Below are positions 1-11,048 of a DNA stretch of 64,000 nucleotides, piece by piece. A model generated the notes under the pieces. It was not told the DNA's origin and searched no databases. It saw only the letters and a list, made by a program, of their open reading frames with translations. Position numbers and translations under genes: made by a program. Where the stretch lies: assembly GCF_041146345.1 (NCBI RefSeq), contig NW_027191414.1:186001-250000 (forward strand), written 5' to 3'. Position 1 is the first letter of the stretch. Every line of letters starts with the position of its first letter. The DNA is from Neodothiora populina. Lineage: Eukaryota.

Positions 1-1544
1 GCTACGGAAGAAGAGTCGTTTCGCAGCTGGTTGAAGAGGATGAACATGATGCATGAGTTGTCTTTACGCTTTACATTGCATTTTCTGGAGCGGTCACACG
101 GTAGTCTATAGCGAGCGAATCAAATACCTAATCATCACGAGACCATGTATTATTTATATTGCTACAACCCATAATCTCGAGCAGCTCACGAGCAGATGAT
201 CGTACTCAGAGCAAGGCCACAAGCGATCGATTACCAGTCGCTCTTTTCATCTCGAGTATGACCAAAGCCCACCATCTCTGCGTTGACAACCCGAAGAGGT
301 CCACGAGCAGAACGAGTGTATGAGCGTCAATCCAGGCCGGGCTATAGTGTATTGTACTCAACAGCCAAGGCCACTCACGCGCATACCGGCAGCCTTCGAG
401 CCTCATAGTCTACCTAAATGTAAAACTACACCAAACAAAACCACACCGATATAATAACGATGACATATCCACACTGCGAACTAACCTCCCATTATTGCCG
501 AGCCATCCAACAACTACTGTACTAGCCCAGCAACACGCGGACAAGACCAAGCCATATCTACCTTAGGTAGCCAAACCGACTTCCGGTGCCATCCGGAACA
601 TCAGATAGGGATGCTACAAAAGGGACAGGGTCGCCCTCTCGACCACACAAAAGCCGACCGACCCTCGAGCTCATTCCGCGGACGAAGAAGAGAGAGAGGG
701 AGCGAGAGAATAAATCATGCTCCGCTTGGGTGGCATGTCAGATACGGAAGGGCAGATGACCTAACGCGCGGATAAATAGGTGTGTGAGTGTGGGTGGAAA
801 GGTGGATGTCAAAGATATGTCGAGGGACTACCATGACTATTGACCCACACACTTACCGTGCCCCCCAGTGCCTGAAGTAGTTAATCGTTTCTCCCCCACT
901 CGACCCCGGCAGCTAACAAGTATCCAAGGTACGTATCAGCTATCCCTAAGGATCCACTGGTGTTTGTGCCACACTTTCATTTGACTTGCTGTGTAGTGCT
1001 TGGTTGTTTATCGTGATACTGCAACTACCTCATGTCCAGGTATTTCGTACACTAGGGCATACGAGGCCAGTCACAATACACAAAAAACAAGAGACGTCAG
1101 ATAATTGCTACAGTATTGATATCTCAATTGATATAGTACAAAAAAATAGCAGTGAGATTATTAAGAAATGAAAAAGAGAAGATAAAAAAGACATTAGGGG
1201 TTATGCGTACACCGTCGTCACCAGTAAAGCAAGGCCCCTCAGATACATCCACGATTGTGGCTCCCTCCCATACCTCAGGCGGGGCTCTTGGTCCTCGACC
1301 CATTGGTTATTTGATTTTCCTCGGTCTTTCAACAGCACTAACGACATTAATTTGAACATAGATGAATCTGTAAAGGGGCCCCTCCAATACCAAAACCCAA
1401 CCCAACCCTTTCGGTTGTTGATCCGCCTGTCAAGTCATGGTATCATTGCTATGTGTTCCGTGGGATGTGAGAGGAAAAGGAAATAAGAAAAATGTTTGGG
1501 TCCTGTTCGTCGACCTGTGTTTGCACTTTGTTCTGCGGGCAAGT

Positions 1545-2412
1545 CTACTCGTACTCGTCCTTGACGCGGCGCTGGCTCTCCGAGTCAATGAAGCTGCCAC
1601 GGGAGCGAGTGCTGCGCTTGCGGCTGAACATGGACTTCTTGGCAGTGCGATCGGTCTTGTTCTTGCCAACGGAGCCGCCGACACAGTAAAGGACGGTGCA
1701 GACAAGGTAGGCAGCGAAAGCTCCCCAAGTCCAGCCAAAGGCGTAACGTCCGTAGCGAGCGCTCTCGCCGTTGCGCTGGAAGGCATCTCTGCCCTGAACG
1801 TAGCATGCACTAGGAGCTGGTCAGTATTGTTTGAAGGACGAAACACCGTTATCGACGAGACTCACGTCATGAGAGAAGCAGTAATGGCTTGGAAGAAAAG
1901 CGCGACAGAGCAAGTTGCGCCAGTCAGGTAGGAGCCAAGTCTGGAGCACATGGCCAGACAACCAGTCAAAAGCGCAATGCAAGCGAAGAAGAGGGCGATC
2001 AGATAGAAAGCGAACATGAATCGCGAAAGGTAGTAGTAGTGGTGGGTGCCGATGAAAGTAGCAGGGACGCCAGTCGTGGTTCCGAAGTTGCGTGGGGGGT
2101 CAAAAGGAAGAGCTGCATGGGCTTCACCACAGTTGCCATTGCGGCCGTTAACGACACTGCAGACCTTGAAAAAAGTCCATCTCGCAGGGTTGCGAGCTCC
2201 GTCAATGCCAGTGGTGTCGGCCTCGAGGAAGTAGGTCAAGTTGAATGGTCGCACGTTTGCGATACCAGACAAGATGGTGAAGAAGGAGAAAAGAATGCCT
2301 GCTCCTAGGATGATGAGGGATGTGAACCCGATGATTGGGCCTGGGTCAGACTGTCAGCTTGGAAATAAAGCAGAATTGATACAGAAAGCAAGTACTCACG
2401 TGCGACGGTCAT
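1545..2412 (-). CDS. SUR7: SUR7/PalI-family eisosome membrane protein (3 exons: 2412-2400, 2340-1866, 1809-1545)
   Basis: Spliced protein reads MTVARPIIGFTSLIILGAGILFSFFTILSG..YFLEADTTGIDGARNPARWTFFKVC..AALPFDPPRNFGTTTGVP..HHYYYLSRFMFAFYLIALFF..RKRSTRSRGSFIDSESQRRVKDEYE*. Introns are GTGAGT..CAG (2399-2341) and GTGAGT..TAG (1865-1810), both with CTGAC branch sites. Confidence 0.88.
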
Positions 2413-3250
2413 GTTGAGTTGAAAAGGCCGAGTAGGTTAGTGTTTGGTCGACTGCTGTGTTTGTTGTCAGACATGTATGACAATAGGCAGGTTGAGAACA
2501 ATTGACTACCTCGAGATACTAGGAGATTAGGATGTTACCGTGGGGGACGTGGCAGCAGGACTCTGGCTGGAACAAGGTCGCTCTTTTGGCGAATGGCGAT
2601 GGGCGATATGGTACAAAACAAGGCCGTCAAGGAGCACGAGAAGGATGCAAACTTGGTTTATGAAGAACAGCTCAGAGCTCCCACTGACTGTCTTACCTTC
2701 GATCGCAGCAATAGAAAGTGACGCAAATCTGGGCTTCCAAGTGGTCGATCACCGGACACAAATGACGTATTGAATAAGCTTTCTGTCCTAAAGCAGGTCG
2801 ATTCAAGGATCTTGGAAGACAATCTGGAGAAAGTCCAAGCTTTTAATCGAGTCTCAGCCGCCAGTCTAATTGCACGTACAGGTAAGAGTGGTGATATCAG
2901 ACGGGAGGAAACAACACGAGGTCTGCAGCACAACAAACAAGTCTTGTAGATGGTACGGTAATTTTAGATAATAGAAGTCAACGAACAACAATGAAACGTG
3001 ACAAACAGCATTCTTGCGTCTCTCCTGCCGCGGTTTTTCTTCTTCAACCGGCAAATCTCCGCAGCAACGCATCGTTACAGAGTGGTCAAGTCCAACCGTG
3101 CGTTTTCTCCGTCGTCTGTCGACCGTCTCTGTCAGACCCTTTGACCTTGGGCCGAAAGCAGCCTAGAGCCAATTGTGCCCGGGCCCCGGACAAGACCAAA
3201 AGCCACCTCACCTACGCAAGAAAAGCCCTGAGGGTTGAGGGGCCGCCCGC

Positions 3251-3286
3251 AGCATCAGCATCAGCGTCAGCATCAGCATCAGCATC
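3251..3286. repeat. (AGCATC)6 hexanucleotide microsatellite
   Basis: Read directly; one unit is AGCGTC. Confidence 0.9.
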
Positions 3287-3409
3287 GGCTCAGGATCGAC
3301 CGTTCAAGACCTTAATCTTGGAACTTGGGCAACTAAGACTGTCCACGTTAAGGTACAGTACCTGTTCTGTCATTGGGCCATTCAGTCATCAATTTCGCTT
3401 TGCGACTCG

Positions 3410-3463
3410 AGCAGCAGTAGCAGCAGCAGTAGCAGTAGCAGTAGCAGTAGCAGCAGCAGCAGC
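3410..3463. repeat. compound (AGC)n/(AGCAGT)n microsatellite upstream of RAV2
   Basis: Sequence reads agcagcagtagcagcagcagtagcagtagcagtagcagtagcagcagcagcagc. Confidence 0.9.
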
Positions 3464-3563
3464 TTCAAAGCCACAAGCTCAGACCCTCTCTCCCCATTCC
3501 GCGTTCTCGAGTTACCTCACCCAAAGCATCATCATCGTCGCAAAACACTAATAAAACAAAAAA

Positions 3564-4609
3564 ATGTCAACGCTGATATGGCCACCTCTGGCCCCAGACC
3601 AGCTCGCCATCGAACAAGAAGCGTGTCTAACGCGCGAGCTAGAATGGCTGCTCTCCGCGCTGCAGGAGACGTTGCAATCTCTCAAAGCCGGGCTTGAAGA
3701 ATGCGCCGACCTGCTCGCGCCCAAAGAAGTAGGCTCGACATTGGTCCTGTCAACGCACCGCTCGGAGAATCTCAAGGGCTTCGTGACTCGCGTTGGTACG
3801 CGTATAGTCAAGGGCGACGTTCACCTGCGCTTGCCCTCGCTGCCGCCGCCCAGAGGCCAGAATAGCTACAAGGTCTCTGTGTCGTCTGCGCCGTCTGCTC
3901 CGAGCTTGGTGCTCGAGCAATTGACGTGTGCGCGTACTCTGATTAATGCCTGTCTTGACGTCGTCGATGCCACGCGATGGACGGGCGACGCGGGAAATGC
4001 GAACTTCATTTCTGGACAGCTGAAGCTGCTGCATGATAATGTGCAGGAGGCAAATCAGTCGCTGAAGGGAGGCCCGGATGTGCAGAAGCCGTGGAACGAG
4101 GACGTGGCTGATGAAAAGGTTGGGGTGCTTTCCGTTTATCTATCTATCCCAAAACCAAGCAGCAATCCAAAGTATATATGCAGAGAATCATTCGCTGATC
4201 GCAATAATCAAAACAGATCTTCGACCCTGCTCTACCCCCCAATCTATCATTCCACTTCTCCATCAGCGATGCCGCTCTCGTGCTTCACGTGCGAACGCTG
4301 GAAACGGCACACGGCGGGACAGGCGCATCGACGCCCAACACCTCGTCCGCGTCCTACTCAGGCTTCAGTCTGCGAGATCGACTCGCGCATGCTCTAGGTG
4401 GTTCCCGAGCGCCGCTGCACGACGAAGCCAACGAGGTATTTCACTATAAAGGACAGGAAGTGCGCGTCAAGGAGAAGATCAGGGTCGAGAGTCAGGATCC
4501 CAGTCTCATGGCTGCCATGGCTAAGCTGGGTGCGCTCGAACATAGTGTTGCCTTGAGCAGGAGGGCGCTGGATGTTGTCATGGGGAGGGAACATGAGGAG
4601 GAAGAGTGA
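3564..4609 (+). CDS. RAV2: RAVE complex subunit 2 / Rogdi leucine-zipper protein (intron 4119-4216)
   Basis: Motifs RELEWLL..LQETLQSLKAGLEEC..GSTLVLS..LKGFVTRVGTRIVKGD and C-terminal VRVKEKIRVESQDPSLMAAMAKLGALEH. A GTTGGG..ACAG intron joins the two ORFs in frame. Confidence 0.82.
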
Positions 4610-4852
4610 GAGCTGGTCGACGTTCTCCGCTGTAATGACATGGGGATCGTCGGTCAGACTGACTGGTGCCAATGCTAGATGTATATAAACAAACAAGTTT
4701 TGCTGTTCGACAGACTCGAATCATTTGCCTTGCTGAAGCGGGTATCTAACAGTGACCCTGGCTTGGCACTTGATGTCGCGGGTAGTCGTGATGTTCCGAT
4801 GGCGAATTTAGCTCAACATCTCAATAGGCGTGCTGGGTGCAGATCTGACTTT

Positions 4853-5746
4853 TCAAGACCTTGACCTGCTCCTCGGTCTGGGCGTCCGTGATCGCGAGCG
4901 TGATCTGCTGTCTCTGTAACGTCGTGGACTCCTGCTTCTGCTGCATCGCTGTCTGTCTCGGCTATGGTCTCGGTAGCGTTCTCTACTCCCACTCCTGCTT
5001 CGGCTGTGCTGGTATCGATCTCTACTGTCACTCCTGCTTCTTCCGTTTCCATCTCGGTCTCGACTTCGGCTTCGCGATGGACTACTCTTGTCGCCGTTCC
5101 TGCCCACCTCTTCCACTTCTCCATCATCGTCTTCCATGTCTAACTCGTCGATCTCGTCCCTGAGTGGACTGACTCTTGGTTCCAGAACATCAAGATCCTC
5201 CAATTGTGTCCGGGTGGGCATCTTCCATAGACTTGTGGCGCAGACTCTGTCCTTTACCAGCAAGTCATCAACAAACTGATCCACATGACTCAGACTGAAG
5301 CCTTCTCTTGTTCTCCGCTTTAATTTCCTTGAGTCCTCGAGGAAGGGCTCCAACGTCTCAAAGATGTCCTTGGGATCCCAAGTAAGTCTGACATAGAATG
5401 CTGCGAGTGCGCGCAAGTATTTCAACTCCTCGCCTCCCTTTTCGAGGTAATACCTCACGATTTCCTTGTCTGGGGTCAACTGCAACAACTTGAAGGCCAG
5501 GCACAGGAAAGGCGTCGGTTTCTGGGAGATGCCGTAGGTGCCACCGATGCACGTGAGCTCGACGGCGCGATCGAGTAGAGTGGCGGCGTTTAGACCGAAG
5601 CATTGCTCTTTCCAGTAGTATGAGTCGATGATGCGGTCGCGTACTGCTTTTTCGAACAAGAGAAGGGGATTCTGACCGCGGACGAGGACACCGGTGTAGC
5701 CGCGGTCATCGAGCATGCGCTTTTCGTCCGCTTGATGTTGCGCCAT
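4853..5746 (-). CDS. PRP38: pre-mRNA splicing factor Prp38 with RS-rich tail
   Basis: GQNPLLLFEKAVRDRIIDSYYWKEQCFGLNAATLLDRAVEL..KPTPFLCLAFKLLQL..KYLRALAAFYVRL, followed by an RSRS C-terminus. First ATG is at 5746. Confidence 0.93.
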   Translation of the reverse strand: MAQHQADEKRMLDDRGYTGVLVRGQNPLLLFEKAVRDRIIDSYYWKEQCFGLNAATLLDRAVELTCIGGTYGISQKPTPFLCLAFKLLQLTPDKEIVRYYLEKGGEELKYLRALAAFYVRLTWDPKDIFETLEPFLEDSRKLKRRTREGFSLSHVDQFVDDLLVKDRVCATSLWKMPTRTQLEDLDVLEPRVSPLRDEIDELDMEDDDGEVEEVGRNGDKSSPSRSRSRDRDGNGRSRSDSRDRYQHSRSRSGSRERYRDHSRDRQRCSRSRSPRRYRDSRSRSRSRTPRPRSRSRS

Positions 5747-6185
5747 GGCGATCGGCGGGCGATGGAGATGTCGCGCGTAGCTTAGTGATTGGAATGATGA
5801 AGGAAAGAGAGGAAGAGAGAAAGAGCTTCGAGATGCAGTCCGGCCCAAGGCCTTATCTTATCGCGATCAGAGATAAAGAAAAGCTGGAGACGGACACTCG
5901 GCCTGGTTCGTGCAACGTTGCCCCGACAATCTCGACGTCTAAACAATGACCTCAGTAAGGTACCTTTCCTTTGTGATTAAGATATGTCAACCGTACCTCC
6001 TGCACATCTGGTATTCCTTGGTAAACATTGCATTCGAGCTACTGGACCTTGACGCTGCTGCACGTTGGACCTTACCGCACCGGCTTCCTACCGGTTGCAC
6101 ATAGTATATTCTTACCCTTCCCCACCTGCAAAGTCTAGTGTCGATAGGGTAGTGTTGCGATACGCATATAGCGTTGCGCTTTGCC

Positions 6186-7506
6186 ATGGGCAAGCTCTTG
6201 CTCACTAGTGGGCAAGTATCTGTCTTGCTATCATCCACAATCGGTATGAATGTCATTCACCTCTGTATACCGTATGGGACTGTGCTGATAAATTCATCTC
6301 ACAGTCTGCACATTCACCCTGCTCCTTTTTCTAGCGGGCTATGTCCTACAGCAGCAGACCTTGCATGCCTTGCAAGCAACACTAAGGCCACGGAATCCCA
6401 CAGACCCCAGGTCAAACTCTGTGCTAGACAATAGCCCTCAAGTCCCGCTGTCAGATACACTCCAGTCATCCTCGAAATTCGGAGGTTCTCTCAACTCTCC
6501 CGGACGAGCCGCATACCAGGCGCATGTGTCGTCGCATCACAAGCCTACAGACGCACATGTCGAGACGGCGCCAGACTGGACCAGACTAGCCCACGTGCAG
6601 CTGGTCAAAACTCACGAGTCCGTATGCAACAGCATAATGCTCTTCAGTGCGCTGCACAGACAGAGAAGTCCCGCGCGGCGCATTCTGTTGTTTCCGGCAA
6701 CATGGGCTACAGACCTGAATCCTGTAGCAGGAGGGTCGTATGATCCTTTTATTCTTTCCACTCGTCGACTACTGAAATTGGCTGCCCGTCGATACCGCGT
6801 CGAGCTTAGGCCTATATCTCCACTGCTAGAAGATGAGATTAGCAGAGACGACGCACAGAGCTACAGTCTCGCCAGCGTCTTTGCGTTACGGGACTTGGAC
6901 CGAGTCATGATCGTCCAGACACCAGGTCTGTTACTCGACGATGGTGCAGAACTGCTCGATCAAACCCTGGCGTTTGCGCCTCCTTCAGCGCTGGGTGTCT
7001 TGGCCACAGACCCGGAAGCAGACGTTAGAGGTGACGAGATGGTTCTCGCAACACCAGGAAAAGACACCTTCGCCGCGCTACGAGCCTCGGAGTTAGCAGT
7101 CGAGATCGCATCAAGAAAGGACCAAGCGCCGCTATCAACGACATTTAATCCAGACGTCCGACTACTCTCCCACGTGATCCTGGACCCCCTGAGTCTTTCC
7201 CCATCTTCCGACTCGACAATAGACTCCGACAACCATCGTAGTCTACTAACTGCAATCTCAACTTTGCACTCGGCCGTCCCAGACCAATTCTTCAACGCCT
7301 CATCTTTTCTACACTCGTCACCCTACATCCTCTTCCGAGACCCCCTTTTGCCACTAGGTCCAGAATACGACGTTCCCGTCTCGGCACGTAGAGAAGCGCG
7401 GCCGAAGAACAAGGACGCGGATTGGGTGTGGACGAAGCTGTATGGACGGTTTGCACAGGAGCGCATGGACGTTTGCGGGTTGGACTTGGAGATCTGGAGG
7501 GGATGA
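6186..7506 (+). CDS. type II membrane glycosyltransferase family 8-like (Gnt1-like) protein (intron 6244-6304)
   Basis: Spliced N-terminus MGKLLLTSGQVSVLLSSTI-VCTFTLLLFLAGYVLQQQT forms a signal anchor. It is followed by DWTRLAHVQLV..VCNSIMLF..L..SPARRILLFP, YILFRDPLLP.GPEY and W..LY.RF..ERMDVCGLDL, which look GT8/Gnt1-like. Confidence 0.7.
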
Positions 7507-8063
7507 TTTTTTCTGTTCTTACTATCATTCTTGGTTCTGGGTTATGTTTCTTCTCTTGTAAGCACGGGAGAAGAATATTATTGGTTGTTCGCTGGGCGCA
7601 GATGCGTTCAAGTGTTGATATGATGGGAAAGACACAACGATAGATGATCATGGGAAATTGAGAAATAGATGGGCATGCAAACTCAGCTTGAAGTGACATG
7701 TACACTTGCGATTCACAATATATCCGAGGAACACTCATGTCACGAGATAGATCTTGCATATAGATATGAATCGATCGTGCAAGTAGTGCATGAAGAGAAG
7801 CAGTAATTACCCAGGTATCATTCACATGAAAGGACTGACTCGCCAGGCTGTGGATAAGTGATGAACATGACAAGTGCTGTACTGTACCTGGGGCTAATCG
7901 CCGCAAAGGCCGAGATGATGGAAACATGAATCAATTCCCCAAAGCTGCAAGTATAACACCACACTCACCACACACTACACTCCACCCACACCCAAAGATT
8001 TTGTCCTTCAACCACCGAGTCACATCTAGCCACTGACCCGAGACACGAACACCATCCGCGACC

Positions 8064-8912
8064 ATGGCCGACCCCTTCGAAGTGCGCATGCGCTTCACAA
8101 GCCAACTGCAGCACCTGAACGCCAGCGTGACCTCTGCGCAGAAAACCGCCCACTACGCGCTCAAGCACCGCGAAATGGACGAAGACCTACACTCGTGCAT
8201 CCTGGAGCAGCTGGAGCGCAACAACATGAACAACCGGGCGAACATCATGTATTTCTTCGAAGCGCTGTGCGACCGCGCGCGGCACGAGAACCACCCGGAG
8301 TTCATCCGCATGATGGAGCGGGATATTCTGAAGATCATTGATCTCGTGGCGCCGGACGATAATGGGGGTCCCGGGGCGGCGAACGTCAAGGTTGTTAGGA
8401 AGGTGCTGAATTCGCTGCAGGAGAAGAGTTATCTGAATCCGAAGACTGTGGTTGAGCTGGAGGAGTTCATCAAGGATAGAGATAAGAGTATGATGATGAT
8501 GGATGATGACGAGGAGAATGGTGGTGTGGGTGCTGGTGGACAGTATGGGGCTGGCGGTGCGAGTGGCGAGAATGGCTCGGGCCCAGTCGAGGGCGTGGGC
8601 GGCGAGAGTGGCGAGACGAATGGACCCAGGGGAGTCAGAGAAGTGGGCAGAGGAGAGCCCAACAACAGCGGACGACGACTGGATAAGCGACAGATCGAGC
8701 AGAGGATAGAAGAGGACAGAGAGCGCCACAAGCGGCTGCGAGAAAGCATCTGGGCGGTGCCGCATGATGTTGACCCCGACGCCGAGTACTGGCGCATGAT
8801 GGACGAGACGAGCGATATTGGCGACGACGACTACGCCATGGCTGCCGAGGAGGCCGAAGAGCGGAAACGCTGTGCCGAGACTCATCATCTTGAGATGGCT
8901 GTCATCGTATGA
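8064..8912 (+). CDS. CTK3: CTD kinase I gamma subunit
   Basis: N-terminal MADPFEVRMRFTSQLQHLNAS..DEDLHSCILEQLE..NMNNRANIMYF and C-terminal IEQRIEEDRERHKRLRESIWAV. Confidence 0.92.
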   Translation: MADPFEVRMRFTSQLQHLNASVTSAQKTAHYALKHREMDEDLHSCILEQLERNNMNNRANIMYFFEALCDRARHENHPEFIRMMERDILKIIDLVAPDDNGGPGAANVKVVRKVLNSLQEKSYLNPKTVVELEEFIKDRDKSMMMMDDDEENGGVGAGGQYGAGGASGENGSGPVEGVGGESGETNGPRGVREVGRGEPNNSGRRLDKRQIEQRIEEDRERHKRLRESIWAVPHDVDPDAEYWRMMDETSDIGDDDYAMAAEEAEERKRCAETHHLEMAVIV

Positions 8913-9081
8913 ACCCGACTACAAACAAACCAGGCAGATCGGCAAAAACTTCACTTTAGCGCTGGCGCTCCGGACATGTATATCTTGTACTACATTCACA
9001 TCTACTCGCAGAAGATACTCCCCATACTCACTGGCCAAGGACATTTCCATATTCATGTCCCTTCCAGATAATCATTCTCAC

Positions 9082-10488
9082 TCACTCCCGCCACTCCAGA
9101 ACACCATCTTCGAAAAGTCCACTGACAATGCCCCACTTCCTCTGGACATCCCTCACCGCAGTCGACGACGTCGAAAACTCCTCGCCAGAGTTCGCATACA
9201 GCGTCCTGACCCCGGCCGCTCCTTCGCTCCACTCCACCACATAGCTCGGTGCCGTAAGCTTACAAGCCTCTGCCTTATCAGCGTCATCCGCGGGCCCGTA
9301 GCGACAAAGTGACCTTGTGTAGGCGAACTTGTTCAGCGCTTTCGGGTGGCCGTGTCCCGCGATCAGGAGTCGACCTTGCTCGTCGACGCTAAGGTTGTCA
9401 GGCAAGAATGGAATGGGGATTGTACCCTTCAGTATCAGCTTCGGCGGTGTGTGTGACTCGATGTTGTACAAGTTTACAGCAGCATTGGTCGTGGATGCCA
9501 CAGCCAGTGTCGTCGAATTGAGCAGTTTGACTCCATTCGCAAAGGGAACGTGAGCCAGCGTCGTGACGCTCATTGTGGGCAAGTGGATATGCACAACGTT
9601 ACCCTTGGGCAGTGCGAGATACGTCTCCATCATCGCGAGCCACCTGTGCCATCGCACGAGGAAGAAGTGATCATTCGTCATGTAAATGTTCTCCTCATCG
9701 ACAACCGCAATGGCGTTTGGAGAGTGGATCTTGGGATGCACAATCGTGCGAATATGCGCCGCTGAGTGCTCTGAGAGATAGAGACGGAAGATCTCGAGAC
9801 TTGGCCCGGCCATTGCATGGTTGATCACATAGAGCGTTCGCGAGGGAGCATGGTACTCGATGCCCAGAGGTGGAAGTCCACGCGTGCCTGTGGGAAATCA
9901 AGCAGAGACAATGGTATAGGTGTAGCCTTGGGAGATGCGTAGTTGTATAAGTGAAGAACTCCTTGGGTGTGGCTGCCATTGCGGAAAATGCCCTGGTTAG
10001 GGTTAGTATCAGCTCGAGAGTGTCTTAGATCTGAATAACTTGATCTGAACAGTTACAATCATGGATCGGTATGAGTTGCCCAGAATTGCAAAAGCATGGT
10101 ACCAAAAGCAAACTACAGCAGGATCTATTTCGTTTTTGGGACGGAGGCATATGAAGACTTGCAGCTGTGCTTACCATTACAGTGTTCCAATGATCCCTCC
10201 CAGCATCGCAGCTCAGCAGAGCCCAGCCGTCAGATTCATCAAGCAAAATCACATCTTCACAATTCCTCAATTGACCGACATACTTGACCTCATGGGATGG
10301 AAACGCCGAGAGGCCCTCGATCACTTCCGGAGCGTTCTTTTGCAAGCCGCGGATCAGTTGGACTCGGCTGTAGAGGTGCGGGATGACAAAGGCGGTGGCG
10401 ATCAGGCCCTGGGGAAGTAATTCAGCTTGAACATTGTCTTCCCTGATGAGCTGGAAATAGGACGAACGATATTCCACTTGAGTTGCAT
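9082..10488 (-). pseudogene. paraoxonase/arylesterase (six-bladed beta-propeller lactonase)-like gene with an apparent 1-nt deletion at ~9870; pseudogene or assembly error
   Basis: Exon 1 is MQLKWNI, followed by a GTTCGT..CCCCAG intron. Exon 2 is GLIATAFVIP..RNCED..LSCDAGRDHWNTVM, followed by an intron at 10174-9993. Exon 3 reads GIF..DFPQARVDFH, then shifts frame to PLGIEYH..LYVINH..SPNAI..YMTNDH..FANGV..FLPDNLSVD..STSSTAVRD..GLF. Confidence 0.72.
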
Positions 10489-11048
10489 TCTGCCCTACAG
10501 TAACAATGCACTCTATCTCAGAGACCTCGGGACACTTTATCGAGTCAGGAACGCGAGCTGTGCGGTAGTGTAGTGGGTCGAAGAGAGTTCCAACGCCCTC
10601 TGGAAAGGTGGGGAATCTTATACCTTGTCACCTCCCTAATTGGGTTAGATCGATCTCCCCAACACTGGACGGAGTTCGCTTCTGCGGACGTTGCTCTTTA
10701 TACCAGACCGGATCCTACAAGCCAATTCTGTATCATGGTTGGGCGGCCCAAGTGCTGGGTGCATGCAAGCACTCGCTTCTCGTCAAAGACAGATGCGGAG
10801 ATCAATCTTGCCACGGCTGAGGCTACATTTAGCGCAACTGTGGTCGACGACTATTCCTTGCCTCGACTTTGATAAAGTGCTTTAGTGCCAAGTCCGACAT
10901 ACGGAATCATTCTACCCTTCGTATCAAGGTAATGTTGCTGCCTGCTCAGGCAGCACAGTATACGGCCAGGTCTTGTAAAGCAAACATATATCAAGCTTGT
11001 CTGCGTAGGACATGATCTAGTATCTATCAGCACATCTCTTTGTTGTAC

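Noticed and set aside
1..111. Possible 3' end of an upstream gene
   Set aside because: Short open frames are present, but the frame and product cannot be determined from this fragment.
2991..3551. 186-aa ORF upstream of RAV2 with ASASAS/AVAVAV tracts
   Set aside because: The openness is explained by microsatellites in a divergent promoter region; no domain or homolog recognised.
9995..10006. Telomere-like GGTTAGGGTTAG
   Set aside because: Only two units; on the minus strand it is the CTAAC branch region of the paraoxonase intron.
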